Shown here piece by piece: positions 20,860 to 34,520 of a stretch of DNA of 64,000 nucleotides (positions are counted from its first letter, which is position 1; each line of letters begins with the position of its first letter). Below the pieces are notes generated by a model, which made no database searches, had not been told where the DNA came from, and was given only the letters and a program-made list of their open reading frames with translations. Made by a program: the position numbers and the translations under genes. The DNA is from Centroscyllium fabricii (Eukaryota), in assembly GCA_051313645.2 (NCBI GenBank), contig JBNRSN020000029.1, positions 49,972,001 to 50,036,000 of the forward strand, written 5' to 3'.

Positions 20860-23800
20860 TGTGGCGACACGCCCACCAAAGGCATCGAATCCGCCTCGGG
20901 AGTACTGCGGGGCACAGCCCCGCCCATCGGGTGACGTGATGATGTCACCGCGACTTCCGGCGTGATGATGTCACCAACCGCGGGCACTTTAAATAAGCTT
21001 GCTCCAGGTGGATCAGTCTCTTTCTGCCTGACCATGCAATGTAATAAACAAGTGTTTTCTGTCCTTCTGGCTCCCGCGTGGTTCTTCAGGCCTGCATGCA
21101 CTACAGTGGTGACCCCGAACTTGGAACGACTTCCAAAAGAACAGAAATGAAGCAGTTGCTGCAGGACTGAGAGCCAAGCTGCCTCAGAGCACTTCCAACC
21201 AACATGCCTTCAGGAAGCCAAGCTGCATGACCTCAAAGACTGGGCCAGAACTCCGGCCACCGATTAACTCTACCGGAGTTCTGGGAGCTATGCCCAGCGG
21301 CCTGGTTCCTGTGTATCGAAACCAGCTGCCGCATCCATGGCGTCCAGGGGGATGATCGCTACGACCTGCTCTTCTCGGCCCTACCGCAGACCACGGTCGA
21401 TCGGATGTGGCCGACGTTACAGCGTGCACCAGCAGCAGGCAGGTACGAATTCCTTAAGGCCGCGCTGCTTAAAAAATTCACCCCCTCCCAATTTGAGCGC
21501 GACTGCCAGCTCATCAACCTCCCCGAACTCGGGGACGCAGACCCATCGGACCTTTGGGCCCAAATGGAAGCGCTGAACTCAGACCCAGCCTCCATCAAGC
21601 GCACCTTGTTCCTCCTCAAACTGCCCCCCTCCATCAGACCGGCTCTGACGGCCCTCTGCCACTGCAGCGGAGAACAGCTGGCTGAGGAGGCCGACAAGCT
21701 CATGACGGCCGAGCGCTCCCACTCCGCCACGTGCGAGCCCGCTGCTACGGCAGCCGAGCCCCGCTACGCGCACCCCAGGTCCGACCCCAGGCCTGAACCC
21801 AGGCCAACGCGACCCCGCAAAAGGCCGCGCACATCGGGCACCGGCTGGTGCTACTACCACACCCGGTTTGAATCCAAAGCGCAACGCTGCGTCCAGCCCT
21901 GCACTTTCAAACCCCAGCCCGGCTCAAGCCCCACCATGTCTGTAGGCCACTCTGGAGCACTGCTCTACATCACAGACAGCGGCACAGGCCTCCGGTTCCT
22001 CTGCGACACAGGCGCGCAGCACAGCATTGTGCCAGCCTCCACTGCAGAAGCCAAACAAGGCACCCGGGGCCCGCCACTCGAAGCCGCAAACGGCTCCGAA
22101 ATAAAGACGTACGGCACCCGCAAGCTCACCATCAAGCTAGCAAGCCACACGTACCACTGGGACTTCATCACCGCCCAAGTCAAACTACCCCTCCTCGGGG
22201 CAGATTTCCTCTGCGCCCACGGCCTCCTGTTCGACATGACCCGGCGCCGACTGGTCGACATACACAACATGTCGACCATCCCATGCTCCACAGGGCCGGC
22301 ACGCCAGGCCCACGCAGCGGCACACTGCCGAGCCCGGAACTCCGACACGTATGGCACGCTCCTCGCGGAGTTCCCAGCCCTCACCAACCCCACCTTCACA
22401 GCCCGCATGGCCAAACACGGGGTGGAGCATTTCATCACCACCACCGGCCCTCCCGTCCATGCCCACGCCCGCAGGCTGGACCCGGCCAAACTGGAGATCG
22501 CGCGTACCGAGTTCCGCACCATGAAACAACTCGGCATAATCCGCCGCTCCAACAGCCCCTGGGCCTCCCCCCTCCACATCGGCCCCAAGCCGGGCGGTGG
22601 TTGGCGCCCCTGCGGAGACTACCGCCGCCTCAACAACGCCACCACCCCAGACCGGTACCCCGTACCCCACATCTAAGATTTCTCCGCCAGGCTAGCGGGC
22701 TGCATGATCTTCTCTAAGATCGACCTGGTACGGGGCTACCACCAGGTACCAGTGCACCCAGCGGATGTCCCTAAGACAGCCGTCATCACCCCTTTCGGAC
22801 TGTTCGAATTCCTCCGAATGCCCTTCGGACTTAAAAACGCGGCCCAGGCCTTCCAACGCCTCATGGACTCAGTCCTACGGGACTTGCAGTTCATGTTCGT
22901 CTACCTAGACGACATCCTCGTGGCCAGCACCTCCCCCCAGGAACACCTCCTCCATCTCAGGACCCTGTTCCAACGCCTGACCGAACATGGTCTCATATTA
23001 AGCCCCTCTAAATGCCAATTTGGCCTCGAGACGATCGACTTCCTCGGCCACCGCATTTCCCAAACCGGGGCCATACCCCTGCCCTCCAAGGTGCAGGCGG
23101 TCCAGGAATTCCCCCGCCCGCACTCCATCAAGGGGCTGCAGGAATTCCTAGGGATGGTTAATTTTTATAACCGCTTCATCCCAGGAGCAGCCGCTCTCAT
23201 GGCACCCCTTTACCAGGCCACACGCGGGCAGTCCAACAAAACTGCGGTCGAGTGGACGGCCGAAGCCACCACCGCCTTCACCGCAACCAAAACCGCCCTG
23301 GCCAACGCCACGCTCCTAGCCCACCCTAGGCCCAATGCCAGAGTGGCCCTCACCACCGACGCCTCCGACCACGCTGCCGGAGCGGTCTTTGAGCAGTGGA
23401 CTGGCAACTCCTGGCAACCCCTGGCCTTTTTCAGCCGGCAACTTCGGCCCCCAGAGGTCAAGTACAGCGCCTTCGATAGGGAGCTACTCGCTCTCTACCT
23501 CGCAGTGCGCCACTTCCGCTTCCTCTTGGAGGGCCGCCATTTCACAGCATTCGTTGATCACAAGCCACTCGTGTCTGCAATGGCTAAGATCGCCGAACCC
23601 TGGTCGGCCAGGCAGCAGCGCCAGCTCGCGGCCGTGTCGGAATTTACCACCGACATACAGCACATCACCGGCCGCGAGAACGTGGTTGCTGACTGCCTGT
23701 CACGTCCCACCATCAACGCCGTACAAACGGCGGTCGACTACGCCAAACTGGCAACCGACCAACTAACAGACCCAGACCTGCTCGACCCAGCTACCAACCT

Positions 23801-25394
23801 CCCCGGCCTGCACTTGGCCAGCGTAGCACACGGGCCCACAGCCACTGCCGTCTGCTGCGACGTCTCCCTCCCGCAGTCCAGACCCATCGTCCCCCACGCA
23901 TGGAGGCGACACATTTTCCAGACCCTCCATGGCCTGTCCCACCCTGGCACCCGCGCGTCCACCAAGCTGATTTCGGCACGTTTCGTCTGGCGCGGCCTGC
24001 GCAAGGATGTCCGCGCCTGGACCAATGCCTGCACTGCCTGCCAGTGCGCCAAGGTGCACAAGCACATCAAGGCACCGCTGGAAACGTTCACCACACCAGC
24101 TAGACGCTTCGACCACGTCCACATCGACCTGGTCGGACCACTACCGCCATCACGGGGACACACACACGTCATGACCATGGTCGACCGCACCACTCGCTGG
24201 CCAGAAGCGGTCCCACTCATTGCTACCAGCACCACGGACCTGGCCAGGGCTTTCATCGCCACTTGGGTCGCGCGTTTCGGCGTACCCACCGACATCACGT
24301 CAGACAGAGGCCCCCAATTCACGTCGACACTATGGGCGACCATCGCCCGCGACCTTGGTGTAACCCTACACCGAACCACTGCTTACCACCCACAGTCCAA
24401 TGGACTCTGCGAACGGTTCCACCGCTCCATCAAAGCATCCCTGCGGGCCAGTCTTAAGGACTCAACTTGGACAGACCGCCTGCCCTGGGTAATGCTCGGC
24501 CTACGCACAGCGGCCAAAGAAGACCTGCACGCCTCAGCAGCGGAACTCGTCTACGGCCAAACTCTAACCGTGCCAGGCGAGTTCTTCGCAGAGCCAAACG
24601 CTCCCTGGTCAGCAGACCAATACCTGAAGGACTTTAACAACCAGGCACGAGCGTTCAAACCGCTACCGGTGGCCCGGCACGGAGATCCGGCAGCACGTGT
24701 ACCGGACGGCATTAAAAACGCCAAATATGTGTTTGTCCGCCACGACGCACATCGATCGCCACTACAGCCACCGTATGATGGACCGTACAGAGTGCTTCGG
24801 GCGGGAGCTAAAGCTTTCGAACTGAAAATGGGCAACAGGACTGAAACCGTCTCAATAGACTGGCTGAAGCCGGCACACGTAATAGCGGGTGAGACAACAG
24901 TCCCCGCGCAGCCACCAAAACGCAGACGCCCTCCCGCACCACAAACCGCCCACACTCCACCGCAGAACAAGGAGCAGCGCACGACACGTGCCGGCCGCAT
25001 CATCCGGCCACCTCAACGCCTCTCATGAGACTCATTTTTTATTTTTACTTTATTCTCCCTTACAGCATAAGAATCTTTTTTATTTTATTTTATTCTCCCG
25101 TACAGATTCTGGGGGGGAGCTGTGTGGCGACACGCCCACCAAAAGCATTGAATCTGCCTCGTGAGTACTGCGGGGCACAGCCCCACCCATCGGGTGACGT
25201 GATGACATCACCGGGACTTCCGGCGTGATGACGTCACCGGGACTTCCGGCGTGATGACGTCACCAACCGCGGGCACTTTAAATAAGCCTGCTCCAGGTGG
25301 ATCAGTCTCTTTCTGCCTGACCATGCAATGTAATAAACAAGTGTTTTCTGTCCTTCTGGCTCCCGCGTGGTTCTTCAGGCCTGCATGCACTACA
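20860..25394 (+). mobile_element. Full-length Gypsy LTR retrotransposon (family B)
   Basis: LTRs 20860-21105 and 25123-25394 (the 3' LTR has one extra 26-bp unit); TSD AGAC; tRNA-Trp-type PBS TGGTGACCCCGA; PPT GGGGGGGAG. Confidence 0.97.
21405..25028 (+). pseudogene. Gypsy gag-pol with in-frame TAA at 22674-22676 and a damaged 5' gag
   Basis: ORFs 21405-22676 and 22704-25028 share a frame; LCDTGA, YLDD, TDASD, IDLVGP, SDRG motifs. Confidence 0.93.
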
Positions 25395-25527
25395 AGACTA
25401 ACATTTAATTTCAGAATTAAATTGAATTGAAGTGGTGGGATTTGAACCCATATCCTCAGAGCATTTGACTGAGCCCCTGGCTTACTAGTCCAGTGACATA
25501 ACCACTACGCCACCGCCTCCCCCAGCT

Positions 25528-25670
25528 GCACCTGTTGCTATGCAACAGGGACGCCTGGATCTGTGGCCGGGGTTCCTGTACCTGTTGCTATGCAACAGGG
25601 ACGCTTGGTTTGTGGTCGGGGTTCCTGCACCTGTTGCTATGCAACAGGGACGCCTGGATCTGTGGCCGTG
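25528..25670. repeat. About 50-bp tandem repeat x3 containing the palindrome CCTGTTGCTATGCAACAGG
   Basis: Direct reading; a related fourth unit lies at about 20436-20495. Confidence 0.9.
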
Positions 25671-26518
25671 TACGAGGCTCTTGTACCTTTTACTGGACTT
25701 TTTGAAAAACCGGCACCACGCTGGTCCCGGATAAAAAAGAGTTTCCTGTATTTAAAAACAAAAATGTTCAAAGATTTTTTTTTTAAAACACAATTTTGTT
25801 TTGAATGCCCCTATGACTTTTCTCCCGGGATGTCGCCCGCAGCTGCGTCCTGGGGATTATCCTTTCATTCCTGGAGACTCCTGGGCAATCCAGGAGGGGA
25901 ATGGCAACCCGAAGCTGGAGCTTCAAGCTTGGTTAAGCTGAACTAAACCAGGAGTGCGCTGTCAGGCAGCAATCCTTCACAGCAATGTTCCCTCTCAGCT
26001 GCCCCGCCGCCCAGCAATCTATAAGGGCCCGCGCAGGCCACTCACCGGCAAGTGTCAGCCAGTCAGTAGCGCCCTTGCCTCTGAGTCAGAAGGTTGTGGG
26101 TTCAAGTCCCACTCCAGTGACCTGAATACATAAATCCAGGCTGACACTCCCAGTGCAGTGCTGAGGGAGCGCTGCACTGTAAGAGGTGCCGACTTTTGGA
26201 TGAGCCGTTAAACCGAGGCCCCCGTCTGCACTCTCAGCTGGACGTAAATGATCCCTATTTCGAAGAAGAGCAGGAGAGTTCTCCCCGGTGTCCTGGTCAA
26301 TATTTATCCCTCAATCAACATAACAACAACAACACCTTGTATTTATATAGCGCCTTTAATGTAGTAAAACGTCCCAAGGCACTGGGCAACATAACAACAA
26401 CAATTCCTTGTATTTCCCAACACTCTTTGAAATATCTCCGTGGAGCTGGGATTCATTCACCGACCGCCTGCCTCTCTTCCGCGGCCTTGTCTGCCCCCAG
26501 GTGGCCCTTGAGAAGGAG

Positions 26519-29500
26519 TGTAGAGGCATGCAGGCCTGAAGAACCACGCTGGACACAGAAGATTCGGAAAACAATCATTTAATATTAACTCAGCTATGGC
26601 CAGGTAGCGAAAGAGAGTGAGCCACCTGGAACCAAGGTATTTAAAGGACCCGCGGTTGGTGACGTCACTGCCGGGTGTCCACCTGGCGACGTCATCACGC
26701 CGGAAGTCGCGGTGATGTCATCACGCCGCCCGGCGGGCGGGGCCGTCTCGCAGTACTCCCGAGGCGGATTCGATGGTCCTGGTGGGCGTGTCGCCACACA
26801 GCTCCCCCCCAGAATCTGTGAGGGAGAGCGAAGTTTAAGCTAAAGTAGAAAGGAGCATAAAGTAAAATTAAAAAATGGAGCATAAAAGTTGAGTCTCAGG
26901 CGAGGCGTTGAGGTGGCCTGATGATGCGGCCAGCACGTGTCGTGCGCTGCTCCTTGTTCTGCGTGGGAGTGTGGGCGGGCTTTGGTGCGGTAGGGCGTCC
27001 GCGCTTTGGTGGCTGCGCGGGGACTGTTGTCTCACCCGCCATTACATGTGCCGGTTTGAGCCGGTCGATTGAGACAGTCTCAGCTCTGTTTCCCATTTTA
27101 ATCTGGAACGTTTTAGGTCCCGCCCGAAGCACTCTGTACGGTCCGTCGTACGGTGGCTGTAGTGGTGTTCGATGTGCGTCGTGGCGGACAAACACATACT
27201 TGGCATTTTCGATGCCGTCTGGAACACATGCTGCCGGCTCTCCGTGCCGGGCCACCGGAAGTGGTTTGAACGCCGCTGCCTGGTTATTGAAGTCTTTGAG
27301 GCAGCGGTCGGCTGACCAGGGGGCGTTGGATTCTGCGACGAACTCGCCTGGTACGGTTAGGGGTTGGCCATAGACAAGTTCTGCCGCTGAGGCGTGCAGG
27401 TCTTCCTTGGCCGCTGAACGCAGGCCGACCATTACCCAGGGCAGGCGGCCGGTCCAGGTCGCGACCTTAAGGCTGGCCCGCAGGGAAGCTTTGATGGAGC
27501 GGTGGAACCGTTCGCAGAGGCCATTGGCCTGTGGGTGGTAGGCGGTGGTTCGGTGCAGTGTTGCCCCGAGGTCGTGGGCGATGGTTGCCCATAGGGTTGA
27601 GGTAAATTGGGGGCCCCTGTCTGATGTGATGTCGGTGGGGACGCCGAAACGTGCGACCCAGGTGGCAATGAAGGCCCTGGCCAGGTCCGCGGTGGTGGTA
27701 GCGGTTAGGGGGACCGCTTCTGGCCAGCGGGTGCTGCGGTCAACCATGGTCATGACATGTGTATGTCCCCGTGATGGTGGTAGTGGTCCGACCAGGTCGA
27801 TGTGGACGTGGCTGAAGCGTCTAGCTGGGATGACGATCATTTCCACTGGTGCCTTGATGTGCTTGTGCACCTTGGCGCGCTGGCAGGCATTGCAGGTGTT
27901 GGTCCAGGCGCGGACATCCTTGCGCAGGCCGCGCCAAACGAATCACGCAGAGATCAGCTTTGTGGACGCGCGGACACCGGGGTGGGACAGGTCATGGAGG
28001 GTCTGGAAGATGTGTCGCCTCCATGCGTGGGGGACGACGGGTCTGGGCTGCGGGAGGGAGATGTCGCAGCGGACCTCCGTGGCTGTGGGCCCGTGTGCTA
28101 CGGTGGCCAAGAGCAGGCCGGGGAGGTTGGTAGCTGGGTCGAGCAGATCGGGGTCGGTCAGTTGGTCGGCCGCCAGTTTGGCGTAGTCGACGGCCGTTTG
28201 AATGGAGTTGATGGTGGGGCGTGAGAGGCAGTCAGCGACCACGTTGTCGCGGCCGGCGATGTGCTGTATGTCGGTGGTAAACTCCGACACAGCCGCGAGC
28301 TGGCGCTGCTGCCTGGCCGACCAGGGTTCAGAGATCTTAGCCATTGCAGACACAAGTGGCTTGTGATCCACGAAGGCTGTAAAGTGGCGGCCCTCTAGGA
28401 GGAAGCGGAAGTAGCGCACTGCGAGGTAGAGAGCGAGTAGCTCCCTATCGAAGGCGCTGTACTTGACCTCCGGGGGCCGGAGTTGTCGGCTGAAAAAGGC
28501 CAGGGGTTGCCAGGAGTCGCCTGTCCACTGCTCAAAGACTGCTCTGACTGCGCGGTCGGAGGCGTCGGTGGTGAGGGCTACTCTGGCGTTGGGCCTAGGG
28601 TGGCTGAGGAGCGTGGCATTGGCCAGGGCGGTTTTGGTTTCGGTAAAGACGGTGGAGGCTTCGGCCGTCCACTCGACTGCAGCCTTGTTGGACTGCCCGC
28701 GGGTGGCCTGATAGAGGGGGGCCATGAGAGCGGCTGCTCCTGGGATGAAGCGGTTATAGAAGTTAACCATCCCGAGGAATTCCTGCAGCCCCTTGATGGA
28801 GTGCGGGCGGGGGAATTCCTGGACCGCCTGCACCTTGGAGGGCAGGGGTATGGCCCCGGTCTGCGAGATGTGGTGGCCGAGGAAGTCAATCGTCTCGAGG
28901 CCAAATCGACATTTGGAGGGGCTTAATATAAGGCCGTGTTCGGCCAGGCGGTTGAAAAGGGCCCTGAGATGGAGGAGGTGTTCCTGGGGGGAGGTGCTGG
29001 CCACGAGGATGTCGTCTAGGTAGACAAACGTGAACTGCAAGTCCCGTAGGACTGAGTCCATGAGGCGCTGGAAGGCCTGGGCCGCGTTTTTGAGTCCGAA
29101 GGGCATTCGGAGGAATTCAAATAATCCAAATGGGGTAATAACGGCTGTCTTAGGGACGTCCGCCGGGTGCACTGGTACCTGGTGGTAGCCCCGTACCAGG
29201 TCGATCTTGGAAAAGACCGTGCAGCCGGCTAGCCTTGCTGAGAAATCTTGGATGTGGGGTACGGGGTACCTGTCTGGGGTGGTGGCGTTGTTGAGGCGGC
29301 GGTAGTCTCCGCAGGGGCGCCAGCCACCGCCGGGTTTGGGGGCAATGTGGAGGGGGGAGGCCCAGGGGCTGCTGGAGCGGCGGATTATGCCGAGTTGTTC
29401 CATGATGTGGAACTCGGTGCGCGCGATCTCCAGCTTGGCCGGGTCCAGCCTGCATGCGTGGGCATGGACTGGAGGGCCTGTGGTGGTGATGTGATGCTCC

Positions 29501-31096
29501 ACCCCATGCTTGGCCGTGCGGGCTGTGAAGGTGGGGTTGGTTAGGGCTGGGAACTCCGCGAGCAGCGTGGCGTACGTGTCGGAGTTCCGGGCTCGGCAGT
29601 GGGACGCTGCGTGGGTCTGGTGTGCCGGCCCTGTGGAGCATGGGATGGTCGACATGTTGTGGATGTCGACCAGGCGGCGTCGGGTAACGTCGACCAGGAG
29701 GCCGTGGGCGCAGAGAAAGTCGGCCCCGAGTAGGGGTATTTTGACTTGGGCTGTGATGAAATCCCACTTGTACGTGTGGCCTGCTAGCTTGATGGTAAGC
29801 TGGCGGGTGCCGAACGTAACTATCTCAGAGCCATTTGCGGCTTCAAGTGGTGGGCCTTGGGTGCCTTGCTTGGTTTCTGCGGGGGAGGCTGGCACGATGC
29901 TGTGCTGCGCGCCTGTGTCACAGAGGAAGCGGAGGCCTGAGCCACTGTCCGTGACGAAGAGTAGTGCTCCAGAGCGGCCTACGGACATGGTGGGGCTTGG
30001 GCTGGTTTGGGGTTTGAAGGTGCAGGGCTGGACGCAGCGCTGCGCTTTAGCTTCAAACCTGGTGTGGTAGTAGCACCAGCCGGGGCCTGTGGTGCGTGGC
30101 TTTTTATGGGTCCGCACCGGTCTGGGTTGGGACCTGGGGCCGGGCCTGGGGTGCGCGTAGTACTGCTCCGGTGGAGCAGCAGTGGGTTGGCACGTGGCGG
30201 CTCGGGTGCGCTCGGCCCTCATCAGCTTGTCGGCCTCCTGAGCCAGTTGCTCCTTCGTATAGTGCTCAAGGACCGTCAGAGCCGGTCTGACGGAGGGGGG
30301 CAGTTTAAGGAGGAACAAGGCGCGCTTAATGGTGGCCGGGTCGCAATTGAGCGCTTCCATTTGGGCCCAGAGGTCCGATGGGTCTGCGTCCCTGAGTTCG
30401 GGGAGGTTAATGAGCTGGCAGTCGCGCTCAAATTGGGTGGGGGTGAATTTTTGTAGCAGCGCGGCCTTAAGCGTTTCATACCTGCCAGCAGTTGGTTCGT
30501 GCTGTATCGATGACCACATTCGGTCGATCGTGGGCTGTGAAAGGGCCGCGAAGAGCAGGCTGTATCGATCGTCCCCCTGTACGCCATGGATGCGGTAGGT
30601 GTTCTCTGTGTTGAGGGACCAGGCCGCTGGACGGAGTTCCCAGAACTCTGGTAAGTTTGGGATTTGGCCGTAGTTCTGGCCCCGTCTGTGGAGTCGTGCT
30701 GTTCCGCTCCCTGCTGGCATGGTGGTTGTGATTCAACTGAGGCAGCTTGGCCCTTAGTCCTGCAGCAACTGCTTCATTGTTCCCTTGGAATTCGTTCCAA
30801 GTATCGAGGTCACCACTGTAGAGGCATGCAGGCCTGAAGAACCACGCTGGACACAGAAGATTTGGAAAACAATCATTTAATATTAACTCAGCTATAGCCA
30901 GGTAGCGAAAGAGAGTGAGCCACCTGGAACCAAGGTATTTAAAGGACCCGCGGTTGGTGACGTCACTGCCGGGTGTCCACCTGGCGACGTCATCACGCCG
31001 GAAGTCGCGGTGACGTCATCACGCCGCCCGGCGGGCGGGGCCGTCTCGCAGTACTCCCGAGGCGGATTCGATGGTCCTCTTGGGCGTGTCGCCACA
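26519..31096 (-). mobile_element. Full-length Gypsy LTR retrotransposon (family B relative)
   Basis: 280-bp LTRs 26519-26798 and 30817-31096; TSD GGAG; PBS TGGTGACCTCGA; PPT. Confidence 0.97.
26896..30720 (-). pseudogene. Gypsy gag-pol single frame with one premature TGA at 27943-27945
   Basis: The 925-aa ORF and the 324-aa integrase ORF are in the same frame. Confidence 0.93.
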
Positions 31097-31236
31097 GGAG
31101 CCCATATGAATGAATGCACTTGAGGTCTTACGCGACCAGTGGGCACCACAGGAACTGGCGTATGTAGTGGATTCGGGTAATTACATAGAATCTACAGCAC
31201 AGAAACAGGCCATTCATCCCAGCTGGTGTTTATGAC

Positions 31237-31812
31237 TTGGTGAGACCACACCTTGAGTATTGTGTGCAGTTTTGGTCCCTTTATCTGAGGAAGGATGTTC
31301 TTGCCATGGAGGGAGTGCAGCGAAGATTAACCAGGCTGATACCTGGGATGGCAGGAATGACGTATGAGGAGGGATTGGGTCGATTGGGCTTATACTCGCT
31401 GGAGTTTAGAAGAATGAGAGGGGATCTCATTGAAACTTATAAAATTCTGTCGGGCCTGGACAGACTAGATGCAGGAAGGATGTTCCTGATGGTCGGGGAG
31501 TCCAGAACCAGGGGTCACAGTCTAAGGATAAGGGGTAAGCCATTTAGGACAGAGATGAGGAGGAATTTCTTCACCCAGAGAGTGGTGAACCTGTGGAATT
31601 CTCTACCACAGAAGGCAGTTGAGGTCAATTCATTAAATATATTCAAGAAGGAGTTGGATATATTTCTTAAGGCTAAAGGGATCAAGGGATATGGGGAAAA
31701 GGCAGGGACAGGGTACTGAATTTGGATGATCAGCCATGATCTCATTTAATGGCGGAGCAGGCGCGAGGGGTCGAATGGCCATTTCCTGCTCCTATCTTCT
31801 ATGTTTCTATGT
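31237..31812 (+). mobile_element. CR1 3' fragment with tail
   Basis: [24 protein letters not shown] and a TTCTATG tail. Confidence 0.9.
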
Positions 31813-32055
31813 AACAAGCCATTCGGCCCAACCAGTCCATTCCGGCGTTTATGCTCCACTCGAGCCTCCTCCCATCTTTCATCTAAATCTATCAGCGTAA
31901 CCCTCGATTCCCTTCTCCCTCATAGGCTTGTCTAGCCTCCCCTTAAATGCATCTATACTATTCTCCTCAACCACTCCCTGTGGTAGCGAGTTCCACATTC
32001 TCACCACTCTTTGGGAAAGGAAGTTTCTTCTGAATTCCCTATCCGATTTCTTGGT

Positions 32056-33116
32056 TACCGGCACCCAGCCACCGTCAATTGAATGCACCTACCTCAAACG
32101 CTGCCTACGGAGGTCTCTGAACATTATTAAAGACCCCACACACCCCAGCCACAGTCTGTTCGCCCCCCCTGCCCTCTGGGAGACGCTACAGATCAATTCG
32201 CACCCGTACGACTAGATTCAAGAACAGCTTCTTCCCCAGGGCTGTCAGCCTCCTGAACTCTAACAAAAAACTCCAGTATCTGCACACATGAAATGTACTT
32301 TACTGTATGCAATTGTATGTAACTTATTTGCACTACTCTCGGGAGCGGCGAGTCTTTGTTTTGTTGTATTATACTAGTACTAGGGCGGCATGGTGGCATA
32401 GTGGTTAGCACTTGTGATAAACCACTGTTACCCACTGTTTCTTATTGTATATACTCACCCCGTTTGTATCTATGTAATCGTACCTAATGCCATGTTGTAC
32501 ATAACCTGTTATACGATTTCCTGGACATGCCCAGGCTGGCTCCGCCCACGACTCCTCCCTCCCAGGAGGAGGTATATAAGTGGCCGTCTCCCATCCCCCG
32601 GCCATACCTGGGGACAGTCGACTAGCTGGTGCATGTCCCACCATTTAGTTAATAAAAGCCGTATTGTTTCACCCTTCTAACTACTCGTCCACGAGGTCGT
32701 TATTTCGGTCACAGCACTGTTGCCTTACAGCACTAGAGACCCGGGTTCAAATCCGGCCTCGGGTACTATCTGTGTGGAGTTTGCACATTCTCCCCGTGTC
32801 TGTGTGGGTTTCCTCCGGGTGCTCCGGTTTCCTCCCACAGTCCAAAGATGTGCGGGTTAGGTTGATTGGCCATGATAAATTGACCCTTAGTGTTAGGGGG
32901 ATTGAATATGTGGGGTTACGGGGATTGGATGGGATATGTGTCGGTGCAGGCTCGAGTGGGATATGGGGAGAAGACAGGGACAGGGTGCTGGGTTTGGATG
33001 ATCAGCCATGATCTCATTCAATGGCGGAGCAGGCTCGAAGGGCCAAATGGCCTACTCCTGCTCCTATCTTCTATGTTTCTATGTTACTCTGCAATGACAA
33101 TAAAACTTGAATTAAA
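32056..33116 (+). mobile_element. Rex1/Babar-like LINE 3' end inserted in a CR1, carrying a nested HE1-like SINE (about 32383-33082)
   Basis: IIKDPTHPSHSLF..RFKNSFFPRAVSLLN; tail GACAATAAAACTTGAATT. Confidence 0.75.
32413..32713 (+). mobile_element. Solo LTR inserted in a SINE head
   Basis: TGTGA..TCACA termini, 5-bp TSD GCACT, TATATAA and AATAAA. Confidence 0.9.
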
Positions 33117-33176
33117 TTGGTGACTATCTTATATTGATGGCCTCTAGTTAAGCTCTTCCCCACAAGTGGAAACATT

Positions 33177-33944
33177 GGGCCAGAAATTCCAGTCTGCCCA
33201 TATCGGGTTTAAGCTCTGGTGCAAGCGCACCAGAGCTTAAACCCGCAGGAAGCAGCCGTTTGCGCTGCTTCAGGTTTTCCTATGCCGGCCAGCGGGGGGG
33301 GGTTGGAGTTCTTGCGAGGTCCAGCGCAGGAAGCAGCGAACTAGGGGTTGCGTCCAGTAATTCGGGTTTTTTTAAAAAACTTTTTCTACAGACCAAGACC
33401 AGGATTTTCTACGCTGGGAAAAAGCAGTCGTAAGTAGCCGTTTTTATCTGGTAAGTGTGTATTTTATTGATTTTAATTGTTGTTTTTTCAGGTTTTTAAT
33501 TGTTGATAACTTTAAAGACAGGTAAGTATTTTTTTAGACCTGTTGGAAGTTGAAAAAAATTTCTGTAAATTTTTATTTTTTCTTTAAAATAGGTTATTTG
33601 TGTTAGTTGGGGTAATGTTAAAAAAATGTGGTGTTTTTAAAATTTTATTTTTGTGTTTAGATGTCTTTTGGGTAATCTCTCCTTTCAGAACTTGCACAGA
33701 TTTCTCAGTGGAAGTTTTGAACGGAGAATTGGTTCCACTGATTGGCTCCCTGCCAATCAGGTGGTCTCAAAAGCCATCTCGCACTAATTACTCCCTTCAG
33801 ATGCCCATGAAGCTCGCACGGAGCTCTGACAAGCTGGGCTAACTGGAATTTCTGAGTGCAAAAAAGCAAACCGGATTATGGGCAGTTCAAGTGCGTTAAG
33901 CAGGTACTGCACCTGCACGAAGGCTCCACTGCAATTTCTAGGCC
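33177..33944. mobile_element. Harbinger-type MITE
   Basis: TIR GGGCCAGAAATTCCAGT / ACTGCAATTTCTAGGCC; 3-bp TSD ATT. Confidence 0.8.
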
Positions 33945-33988
33945 ATTCTCTCTCTATCCACTCTATCAAAACCTTTCATAATTTTAAA

Positions 33989-34143
33989 AAGTCACACAAC
34001 ACCAGGTTTAAAGTCCAACGTTTTATTTAATTTTATTTTATTTTATTTAAATAAATTTTAAATAAAATAAAACGTTGGACTTTAAACCTGGTGTTGTGTG
34101 ACTTTTTGCATTTGTCCACCCCAGTCCAACACCGGCACCTCCG
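33989..34143. mobile_element. Palindromic Penelope-like terminal fragment
   Basis: About 44-bp inverted arms around an AT-rich spacer; TSD CATAATTTTAAA at 33977-33988 and 34144-34155. Confidence 0.75.
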
Positions 34144-34155
34144 CATAATTTTAAA

Positions 34156-34520
34156 GACCTCTATTGGGTCACCCCTCAGCCTTCTCTATTCAAGAGAAAA
34201 GAGACCCAGCCTGTTCATCATTTCGTGATGGGTATCCCCTCGCATTTCTGGTATTATCCTTGTAAATCTTCTCTGCACCCTCTCCAGTGCCTCCATATCC
34301 TTTTTCTAATGTGGCGAGCAGAACTGCGACAGAGTGTGGTCGAACCAAGGTCCGATACAGGTTTAGCATTACTTCCCTACTTTTCAATTCTGTCCCTCGA
34401 GAAATAAACCCTCCTGCTTGGTTTGCATTTTTTTATAAATGGCCTTGCTAATCTGTGTGGCAACGTTTTAGTGATTTGTGTGTTTGTCCTCCTGAGACCT
34501 CTTTGTTCATTCAATTCAAT
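34156..34520 (-). mobile_element. CR1 fragment
   Basis: KSREVMLNLYRTLVRPH. Confidence 0.75.

Noticed and set aside
21965-30598. Many antisense ORFs of 100-210 aa over the Gypsy elements
   Set aside because: GC-rich codon shadows of gag-pol
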